Source of the DNA: an uncultured archaeon
GTDB taxonomy: Archaea > Asgardarchaeota > Lokiarchaeia > Sigyniarchaeales > SOKP01
DNA: 20,925 nucleotides
Assembly: GCA_964493715.1 (NCBI GenBank)
Contig: CAZBPC010000061.1
Span: forward strand, 1-20,925
Direction: 5' to 3'
In this document: piece by piece, positions 1 through 7,518 of the stretch
Layout: each line of letters starts with the position of its first letter
Position numbering within the stretch: position 1 is the first letter of the stretch
Position numbers and translations under genes: made by a program
The notes under the pieces: model-generated
Databases searched by the model: none
Told to the model about the DNA's origin: nothing
What the model saw: the letters and a program-made list of their open reading frames with translations, nothing else

Positions 1-1
1 T

Positions 2-625
2 GAATATCTTGAAATGGGTTTTAAATTTCATGGTCATAAATGTCCTGCTATGCCATTAGGACTAAAAGCAGCGAGTATTGCAATGAATACGTTAAATGTT
101 GAAAGATCACAGGCAGGTGAATTATATACAATCTTAGATTTAGGTGACTTTCACTGTGCAACTTGTTTTGCAGACGGAGTTCAAATTATAACCGGTTGTA
201 CCTATGGAAAAGGAAATATCTCAAGATCTCATAAAGGTAAATTTTCTCTAACTTTGATAGATCGGAAGAATGGAAGGGGTGTTAAAGTAATTCCTTCAGG
301 AGAGTGGTTAAAGCAAGCATTCCAGTCAGATTTTATGGAACAGCGTAAAAAGGGAATTCCTCCTCAAAACATTTCAACTGAAATTACCAATCCACTTATT
401 GAAAAAGTACTAAATTCTTCAAATGATCAATTCAAAGTTAAATTATTACCAAAGATAAACATTGAGATACCCCCACACATTTGGGATAAAGATCTATGTG
501 AAGAATGTGGAGAATTAACTGTCGCCGAGTATGGACATTACATTAATGGAAAATTTTTATGTAAGGACTGTGCCAGGATGACTGATAATATTTTAGGGGG
601 ACTTCGTGGTCCTAAAATAGTATAA
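2..625 (+). CDS. FmdE-family (formylmethanofuran dehydrogenase subunit E-like) protein with C-terminal C4 zinc finger; probably 5'-truncated by the window edge
   Basis: FHGHKCP, C-x2-CFADGVQIITGCTYGKGN and C-terminal CEECGE...CKDC motifs are typical of FmdE. The frame is open from position 2 (EYLE) to the ATG at 14, so the true start may lie outside the window. Confidence 0.85.
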   Translation, partial: EYLEMGFKFHGHKCPAMPLGLKAASIAMNTLNVERSQAGELYTILDLGDFHCATCFADGVQIITGCTYGKGNISRSHKGKFSLTLIDRKNGRGVKVIPSGEWLKQAFQSDFMEQRKKGIPPQNISTEITNPLIEKVLNSSNDQFKVKLLPKINIEIPPHIWDKDLCEECGELTVAEYGHYINGKFLCKDCARMTDNILGGLRGPKIV

Positions 626-677
626 TAAAAGCAATTTACCATTTTTTATTTCTAATTTCAATTTTGAGGTCAATCCC

Positions 678-1523
678 ATGGAAATTTTATTGTATTTTGT
701 CATTGCTATTGTAGTCTTTGCATTTACAGCAATAGTAGCTATAGCTGGTATTGGAGCAGCATTTATTTTAATCCCTTTCTTGTTTTGGATGGGATACCCA
801 TTTAATCTTGCAGCAACTATAGGAATGTTTTCAAATGTGTTAAGTACTGGTTCGCAATCATATGTGCATGCAAAAAATCATTCAATTAACTATCGCATCG
901 CTTTACCTATGATTATTACAAGTGGAATTTTTGCGGTTATAGGAGTATTAATATCAACATCTGTGGATGAAAAAATCTTGTTAATTTTATTTTCAATATT
1001 TCTTTTTGTAGCAGGATCATTTATTTTTTTTCGAACAGTTAAAAGTAATAAAAATGAAAATTTTGAAAAAAAAGAAATTGAAAACATAAATATATTATCA
1101 GGAAATATTAAAGAAAAGAAGGAGCATATAGATCTGAATGAAGAAAATACATTTACACCTTCTAAATATATAATTTTTGGATTGATTTCTGGCATATTAA
1201 TTGGATTCATTAGTGGAATGCTAGGAGTAGGTGGAGGGTCACTTATTCTACCAGTACTATTGTTTTATGGAATGGAGACAAAAAAAGCAGCATCAACTAC
1301 TTCATTTGTCGTTTTATTTTCAAGTCTAACGAGTTTTCTTTCACGTGTAATTATAACTCAAATTGATTGGGGACTCATAATAATTGTTGGAATATTTACG
1401 CTGATGGGTGGATTCACAGGTTCTAAATTGATGCATTTCAAACTTAAACAGAAGCAAATAAAACTTGTAATAATTATAATTCTATGGGTTGTTGGAATTA
1501 AGATACTTTTAGGTTTATTTTAA
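678..1523 (+). CDS. TauE/SafE (TSUP) family sulfite/sulfur-compound exporter
   Basis: Hydrophobic two-repeat membrane protein with GIGAAFILIP and GFISGMLGVGGGSLILP motifs plus KKAASTTS. Confidence 0.88.
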   Translation: MEILLYFVIAIVVFAFTAIVAIAGIGAAFILIPFLFWMGYPFNLAATIGMFSNVLSTGSQSYVHAKNHSINYRIALPMIITSGIFAVIGVLISTSVDEKILLILFSIFLFVAGSFIFFRTVKSNKNENFEKKEIENINILSGNIKEKKEHIDLNEENTFTPSKYIIFGLISGILIGFISGMLGVGGGSLILPVLLFYGMETKKAASTTSFVVLFSSLTSFLSRVIITQIDWGLIIIVGIFTLMGGFTGSKLMHFKLKQKQIKLVIIIILWVVGIKILLGLF

Positions 1524-1548
1524 TAAATTATGTTGAAGAATTAACCCG

Positions 1549-1569
1549 TTTGATTTTTTATAAATCAAA
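1549..1569. promoter_or_regulatory. Inverted repeat overlapping a TATA-like box upstream of the ArsR gene; candidate autoregulatory operator
   Basis: TTTGATTT-N5-AAATCAAA (1549-1556 / 1562-1569) overlaps TTTATAAA (1557-1564), ~55 nt before ATG 1623. AT-rich, so a chance match is possible. Confidence 0.35.
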
Positions 1570-1622
1570 ACAAATATAAATTCGAATTAGTTATAAAAAT
1601 ATGAAATTAATTAGAAAAGAAT

Positions 1623-1991
1623 ATGAATGAAATGACAGATAAGATTAAGAACTACATTGCTCTGAATAATATAGATGAAAGTGAAGAAGAATTTAAAACA
1701 AAAATCAAACGATGGAAGGTTGAGGTTTTAAATAATCCATCGTTTGAAGAGGAACTCAAATTTCATAAAGCCTTAGCAAACCAAGAGAGATTACTAATTT
1801 ATAAACTTCTTCTTAAAAGACCAATTTGTACTTGTGTATTAAGTTTTATTTTAGGCAAATCTCAGAGTACAATAAGTAGTCATTTAAAAGTAATTGAAGA
1901 TGCGGGTTTAATTATCGGAAAAAAAGAAGGCTATTTTGTGCACTACTACACTCGAGAGATGTTTGCTCAAGAATTTTCATTTAATATCTGA
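1623..1991 (+). CDS. ArsR/SmtB family transcriptional regulator
   Basis: FHKALANQERLLIYKLL...ICTCVL...SQSTISSHLKVIEDAGLI...KEG...Y winged-HTH signature with a CxC potential sensing site. Confidence 0.9.
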   Translation: MNEMTDKIKNYIALNNIDESEEEFKTKIKRWKVEVLNNPSFEEELKFHKALANQERLLIYKLLLKRPICTCVLSFILGKSQSTISSHLKVIEDAGLIIGKKEGYFVHYYTREMFAQEFSFNI

Positions 1992-2133
1992 TAGATAAAT
2001 CAAATGTATTGATGAAATGCAAATTAATTCAAGATATTACATTAAAAAAGAGTATAAAATACAGAAATTTTTAAAATCCGGTTCTTAATTTCAGTTAAAA
2101 GACAAATAGCAGTTAAAAAAAATAAAATAAAAA

Positions 2134-2220
2134 TTAAGTTCCTTCTTCGTAGCCGTGGATATAGTTATATTGTTCCTCGGTTAAATTATCAATCTCAACG
2201 CCCATTGCTTGAAGTTTAAG
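2134..2220 (-). repeat. Diverged duplicate of the ahcY 3' end (LKLQAMGVEIDNLTEEQYNYIHGYEEGT*); gene remnant or 23-aa small ORF (ATG 2205 to stop 2134)
   Basis: Manual alignment of 2134-2217 to 5085-5168 gives 69/84 identical nt, no indels, the same TAA and 3 amino-acid changes. An in-frame stop at 2224-2226 rules out a full second ahcY. Confidence 0.9.
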
Positions 2221-2285
2221 AAGTTATAAATATATAAGAATTTTTTTCGGATTCCATTGAAGTAGAAGAATTAAGGAGTCAATAT

Positions 2286-2429
2286 TTAGATGTAAGAAGT
2301 TCCTTTTTTTCCACTTGTCCCACTTTCATAAGGAATTGATTGTAAAATAATATCTGCTTGATTTATCAGATCAGATGATAATGCTATTCCCCCAAAAGAT
2401 CCATAATCGTCATCTTTATACTGCCCCAT
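2286..2429 (-). other. Possible 47-aa small ORF or gene fragment (MGQYKDDDYGSFGGIALSSDLINQADIILQSIPYESGTSGKKGTSYI)
   Basis: ATG-to-TAA open frame with protein-like composition between the SIR2-TPR stop and the ahcY duplicate; no family recognised. Confidence 0.25.
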
Positions 2430-2511
2430 AGTAAGTGGATCATTTTTGGAAAATATATAATTTCACAAAATTAGAAATGAATAAAAAAAAAGATGTAGAA
2501 GATCTAACTTA

Positions 2512-4767
2512 TTAATTTTGAATAGATTCAATATCATTTTTAATTTCTTCTTTAGTCTGTGCATCACCTAATTTTTCATAAAGTTCTTGAGCATCTTTTA
2601 ATATACTAATTGCTGTTTCACCATCTTCTGTATATTTATAATAAGAAATACCCATACTTCTGAGGTATTTCGCTTTTCTCTCTATATCGTCTCCATCTTT
2701 TAATAGATCAAGGATCTTTAAATAACTATTATAAGCTCTCTCGTAGTCTTCTATATTATAAGATACAACAGCAATGCTGTTATGAATATCAACAATAAAA
2801 TTGATATCACCGATTTTCTCAGCAATTTCTAGAGATTGCCTGAATAATGATAAAGCATCATTATATTTGCCGAGATTATAAGCAGAAGATCCCATCGAGT
2901 TTAGAAGGTTTGCCTTATTAGGGAGCATATCATGTTCCTCATAAATTTCAATAGCTTTTCCCCAACTCTTAGTAGCTTCTTCCTCATTTTTTAGAAAATC
3001 CTGTAGATTTCCAATCATATGAAGTAGACTTGCTATACTCTCGTAATCATTTATCTCAGTTGCAAGATCAAGCCCTTTATTGAAAAATTCAAATGCTTTT
3101 TCATAGTCCCCTAAATCCTGATAGATTAAACCAATATAATTTAGTCTTACTGTTTGCTCAGGAAGAGTTCCAAGTAATTTATCGATTTGCAAAGCTTCTT
3201 CAAAAAAGTTCAAAGCTTTCTCAAACGCGCCTGATGTTTTGTGAACCACCCCAATATCCATCAACGCCTTCGCCTTAAATTGCAAATCCCCAGTCTTATT
3301 TACTATATTTATAACTTTTTGATAATAATCTAAGGCTTTATCTTGATTACCCATCTTTCCATGAGCAACTCCAAGATTTAAAAGAGGCCCTATACACCCC
3401 TTTAAATCATCATTTGCTTCATTAAGTTTTAATGATTCCATATAAAAATTTATTGCATTTTTGAAATCAGCTTGACTCGAATAGAAAGTACCAATATTGT
3501 TCAGACAAGAGGATTGTCCTTCATAATCATTAAGCTTGTTAAAGATTTCTTTTGCTTCTTCTAACTTTTCTATACATTGAATACGGGATAGTTCACTAGA
3601 AGAGAAGCTAGCAATATTAGTTAAAAATTCAGCTTCCCCTTTTAGATCATTCATGGATTTAGCTAATTCTAATCCTTTTTGCCATACGCGTCTCGCATTT
3701 TTCCAATCACTTAGAGTGTGATAAATATCACCTGCGAATTCATACTGGGTGATTAAATCGATGTTTTTATACTCATCCAAAGATTTTATCCACTCACTGA
3801 AATCGGGGTATTTCATTTCATCCTCAACCTTTACTTCAGTAATTGGGATGGATAGTAGAATTTTCGGCCATAAGAATTCCGAAATAAACGTTTTAGTATT
3901 CGATTTAATAAGGAATGTCTCAATATTGTGCTTTTTTTTTATATCATATAGAAATTTTTCCTGCTTTGATAGATCTAAATTTAAAACTGAGTCGAAACGC
4001 ACTATTTCTATATCTTCTAATCCTGTTTTAGAGATATGATCAATCCAAATGATTTTTTTATAAATAGCAATTTCTTTTAAGAAAGGAGTAATATCAAAAT
4101 CATCACTGCCAGAATATCCTATAATAATTAAGACACGATCTTTTATTATTTTTGAAATTATTGGTTTTTTATAGGGTTCAATAGTAAAAGTATCTCCTTC
4201 CTCTCGATCCCTTCCTAATGAGGAAATGGTAGTTACAAGAGACTCGGAAGTATTTTTTTCTGTTATAAGATTTCTCTTTGAGCCGTGGAGTTTGAAAAAG
4301 GAAAATTGCTTGATATTAGCTACATCATTTATCTGATTAAGATCTAAATATTGTTTTTTTAATATTATAGGATTTATTTGTCTCCTTTCTTCATTTGATA
4401 GAATGTTAATCAGCGCACATTCAATTAAATAATCAAAATTCGTGGTTATTACTTGATTTTTAATAGTAATATTGTGACCTAAAAAGTAATGGATAAGATT
4501 TGGTTTCATTCTTTGCTCTAAAAAATCCAGAAATCTAAGGGATTTATCAATGTATCGTTGAAGTTGTTCAACAAAAATCTCATATCTTAAAGATTCTTTT
4601 TGTAAAATTATATTGATTTCTTCAGCAGGAACACATAATCTCGCTAAAGTTTCTAAAAACTTTTTGGCTGAAGGCAAATTACTCGGAGCATCCATAGAAA
4701 TTCCTGCTCCAACTAAAAATGTGATTTTATCCGAAGGTTCAATAATTTTTGCAAAATTAGAATTCAT
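2512..4767 (-). CDS. SIR2-like (SIR2_2) domain protein fused to a C-terminal tetratricopeptide-repeat array
   Basis: FLVGAGIS, ITTNFD, KLHGS and IIGYSGSD motifs in the first ~250 aa. About ten ~40-aa TPR units follow from ~aa 340 (e.g. LLNLGVAHGKMGNQDKALDYYQKVINI). Confidence 0.9.
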   Translation of the reverse strand: MNSNFAKIIEPSDKITFLVGAGISMDAPSNLPSAKKFLETLARLCVPAEEINIILQKESLRYEIFVEQLQRYIDKSLRFLDFLEQRMKPNLIHYFLGHNITIKNQVITTNFDYLIECALINILSNEERRQINPIILKKQYLDLNQINDVANIKQFSFFKLHGSKRNLITEKNTSESLVTTISSLGRDREEGDTFTIEPYKKPIISKIIKDRVLIIIGYSGSDDFDITPFLKEIAIYKKIIWIDHISKTGLEDIEIVRFDSVLNLDLSKQEKFLYDIKKKHNIETFLIKSNTKTFISEFLWPKILLSIPITEVKVEDEMKYPDFSEWIKSLDEYKNIDLITQYEFAGDIYHTLSDWKNARRVWQKGLELAKSMNDLKGEAEFLTNIASFSSSELSRIQCIEKLEEAKEIFNKLNDYEGQSSCLNNIGTFYSSQADFKNAINFYMESLKLNEANDDLKGCIGPLLNLGVAHGKMGNQDKALDYYQKVINIVNKTGDLQFKAKALMDIGVVHKTSGAFEKALNFFEEALQIDKLLGTLPEQTVRLNYIGLIYQDLGDYEKAFEFFNKGLDLATEINDYESIASLLHMIGNLQDFLKNEEEATKSWGKAIEIYEEHDMLPNKANLLNSMGSSAYNLGKYNDALSLFRQSLEIAEKIGDINFIVDIHNSIAVVSYNIEDYERAYNSYLKILDLLKDGDDIERKAKYLRSMGISYYKYTEDGETAISILKDAQELYEKLGDAQTKEEIKNDIESIQN

Positions 4768-4833
4768 TATTTAAATTTTTTTAGTTTTAAATTATTAAAT
4801 ATGTGAAAGTAAATTAAAAGTATTACTTTATCA

Positions 4834-4855
4834 AACATCCTCGATCGAGGATGTT
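4834..4855. repeat. Perfect 22-bp palindrome AACATCCTCGATCGAGGATGTT
   Basis: The sequence equals its own reverse complement and lies 67-88 nt upstream of the SIR2-TPR start. Confidence 0.9.
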
Positions 4856-5084
4856 CCAGAAAATTTAAATCTCTTACAAACTAATTGAGTAAACTGCAAG
4901 ATATTAGAATAATAATAAAAAATATAACGCTTCTAATTATGACAAAAAATAAATTTGGAACCCGAACGTGATTCATTAGATAATTTTAAAAAAAATTATC
5001 TCTCGAAGGCCCCCTCTAATTAAATGATAAAATATCTAACCAAAAAATTGAAAAAAGAGTAAAACAAAAAAAAAGATTAGGAGC

Positions 5085-6353
5085 TTAAGTCCCTTCTTCG
5101 TAACCGTGAATGTAATTATATTGTTCTTCGGTTAGAGTGTCTATCTTTATACCCATAGCTTGAAGTTTCAAAATTCCTACTTTATCGTCAATATCAGTTG
5201 GTACATCAACCATTCCTGGTTTAAGATTTTTCTTGTTTTTAACAATATACTCAGACATTAAAGCTTGAAGTCCAAATGACATGTCCATGACTTCACTAGG
5301 GTGTCCCTCAGAGAGCACTAAATTAGCCAAACGCCCTTTAGCTAGAAGATAAACCTTTTTACCATCGGGAAAGACTAATTCTTCTACATCACGCCGAATT
5401 GGTTTGATTTCTTTAGCAAATTCGTATAGTTCCTTGGTTGGGATTTCTATGTCAAAATGCCCAAGATTACCTAAAATAACTCCGTCTTTAAGAGCATTAA
5501 AGTTTTCTATTGTAGGTAATATCACGTGTTTACATCCCGTTGCAGTTAATATAATATCTGCGTCAGGTAAGGCTTTTCCAATTGGCATTACTTGGTAACC
5601 TGTAAATTTAGCTTGGAGCGCTTTAATCGGATCAATCTCAGTGACAATGACGTTAGCACCTAGTCCCCTAGCTCTCAATGCCATGCCTGATGAACAGTGT
5701 CCGAATCCTGCAATCACACAAACCTTGCCCGCAAACAAAACGTGCATTCCATATATTGCTGCAACAATCCCTTGTCCAGTTCCTAATTCATTATCAAACT
5801 GATTTTTACAACGAGCATCATTAACTGGAAATAAAGGAACTTTTAAAGCACCTTGTTTATCCATTGCTTTAAATCTTTTCACGCCGGTTGTTGTTTCTTC
5901 TTGACAAGCGATAATAGTTCCATTCTGTATCAATTCAGGAAACTCTTTATGCGCAGTAACAATCATATCAGCACCATCGTCTATAAGAATATTAGGCCTA
6001 GCTTTTAAGCACTCTCTTATACACCAATAAAATTCTTCATCAGTATTGCCATGCCATGCAAATACATTTATTCCTTCTTTAACTAATGCAGCTGATACAT
6101 CATCTTGAGTTGATAAAGGATTACTTCCACATAAATATACATTTGCACCACCAGCTTTTAATGTTCGAGCTAAATTTCCTGTTTCTTTTGTTATATGAAG
6201 GCATCCAGCGATGGTTATGCCCTTTAAAGGTTTTTCCCTTTCAAATCGTTCTCGAATAACTTTAGAAATGACGGGCATTTTATTTTCAGCTATATATAAT
6301 GCTTCTCTACCTTGTTCTGCTAAAGTTTCATCAGCAACTTTATAATTTATCAT
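5085..6353 (-). CDS. ahcY: Adenosylhomocysteinase (S-adenosyl-L-homocysteine hydrolase)
   Basis: GCLHITKET, GSNPLSTQD, IDDGAD, EETTTG, VNDARCKNQFDN, GHFDIEI and GRLANL...GHPSEVMDMSF motifs. ATG at 6353 preferred over the GTG at 6362. Confidence 0.97.
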   Translation of the reverse strand: MINYKVADETLAEQGREALYIAENKMPVISKVIRERFEREKPLKGITIAGCLHITKETGNLARTLKAGGANVYLCGSNPLSTQDDVSAALVKEGINVFAWHGNTDEEFYWCIRECLKARPNILIDDGADMIVTAHKEFPELIQNGTIIACQEETTTGVKRFKAMDKQGALKVPLFPVNDARCKNQFDNELGTGQGIVAAIYGMHVLFAGKVCVIAGFGHCSSGMALRARGLGANVIVTEIDPIKALQAKFTGYQVMPIGKALPDADIILTATGCKHVILPTIENFNALKDGVILGNLGHFDIEIPTKELYEFAKEIKPIRRDVEELVFPDGKKVYLLAKGRLANLVLSEGHPSEVMDMSFGLQALMSEYIVKNKKNLKPGMVDVPTDIDDKVGILKLQAMGIKIDTLTEEQYNYIHGYEEGT

Positions 6354-6360
6354 ATTTAAC

Positions 6361-6390
6361 ACTTTTGTTAGATGTACTTTTGTTAGATGT
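6361..6390. repeat. Perfect 15-bp tandem duplication (ACTTTTGTTAGATGT x2) immediately upstream of ahcY
   Basis: 6361-6375 is identical to 6376-6390. Confidence 0.85.
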
Positions 6391-6492
6391 TACTTATTAA
6401 ATTTTAATTGATTAATAAACGTATTTTTAATTAAAATGTTTACTTAATGAAGAATTTATTAACATTTAATTCATTATATATTGTGTTGTATA

Positions 6493-7461
6493 ATGAATAA
6501 ACAAAAGATAGAATTAAAAGATGAACAAGAGGTTCAGAATCTCCTTAAACCTTTAAATTCTCGTTCTAAATTAAGAGTTTCAAAGATTTCTGATACATTA
6601 GACATATCTCGACAATCTTTTCACACTAAATTCTCTGCTTTGATATCGGATCAAATAATTAAGAATTTTACAATTAATATAAATCCGAGATTAGGTCAAA
6701 ATAGAATGAAAATTGTAATACTAGAGATTAAAACAAATCCAAAAGAGCCACATTTGGTGCAAGATTTAATTAAAATCCCACAATTGAAAAGTTTAGATGG
6801 TATTTTTGGAGAATTTTCCTTAATCGGTCTATTACAATTCAGATCAGCAGAGCAATATCATGAAATACTACATGTTATAGACCAAATCATGACAGCTTCT
6901 TATTTTAAAAAATATCAAATGACCGAGGTAATACGCATTTATAAAATGAATGGAATTCAACTCAATGAAATCGAATTTGATCCAAAGTATGAACTAGATG
7001 AAGTAGACTATAATATTTTAGATATATTGCAAGAAAATCCAGGATTAAAACCAATTTCTACTTATGAAGTGAAAAAGATTCTCAATCAAGATTTAAATCA
7101 AATTTCCCAACCTACAATCTATAATAGGATTAAACTCCTTGAGAATTCAGGAATTATTTTAAATTATACGGTTAACTTTAACCCTAGAGCTATTGGATAC
7201 AATGGGAAATTTATAGTTAGAATTAAACCAAGGAATCCTTCTGAGTACGATGAACTTGCTTTAAATTTGGAAAAAATTAAGGAAATCACTGATTTATTCC
7301 GAATTGGTGAGCAATATGGTCTTTTTGCTGTTGTCCGTGTTAAAAGGATCGATGATTTCGCTAAATTTATCAAAGAATTATATAATGAAAAGATTGAAGA
7401 TACACTCACAAATTTTGTGCTCGACGAGCTGATTTTGTATGATAATTTTGCAATCTTCTAA
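6493..7461 (+). CDS. Tandem-domain Lrp/AsnC family transcriptional regulator (HTH-RAM-HTH-RAM)
   Basis: Two HTHs (ISRQSFHTKF...IIKNFTININP and LDEVDYNILDIL...ISQPTIYNRIKLLENSGII), each followed by a RAM domain (GIFGEFSL, RIGEQYGL). ATG at 6493 preferred over the TTG at 6481. Confidence 0.85.
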   Translation: MNKQKIELKDEQEVQNLLKPLNSRSKLRVSKISDTLDISRQSFHTKFSALISDQIIKNFTININPRLGQNRMKIVILEIKTNPKEPHLVQDLIKIPQLKSLDGIFGEFSLIGLLQFRSAEQYHEILHVIDQIMTASYFKKYQMTEVIRIYKMNGIQLNEIEFDPKYELDEVDYNILDILQENPGLKPISTYEVKKILNQDLNQISQPTIYNRIKLLENSGIILNYTVNFNPRAIGYNGKFIVRIKPRNPSEYDELALNLEKIKEITDLFRIGEQYGLFAVVRVKRIDDFAKFIKELYNEKIEDTLTNFVLDELILYDNFAIF

Positions 7462-7518
7462 TAAATCTTGGAATGAAAAAATTTAACTTTAATTGCTTTG
7501 GCATACTATATTGAAACG

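Noticed and set aside
2218-2245. Xer/dif-like site at the cassette junction
   Set aside because: No ATAA-N6-TTAT symmetry; it reads better as a TATA-like AT tract.
2134-5168. DGR template/variable repeat interpretation of the ahcY duplicate
   Set aside because: Differences are not adenine-specific on either strand, fall mostly at third codon positions, and no reverse transcriptase is present.
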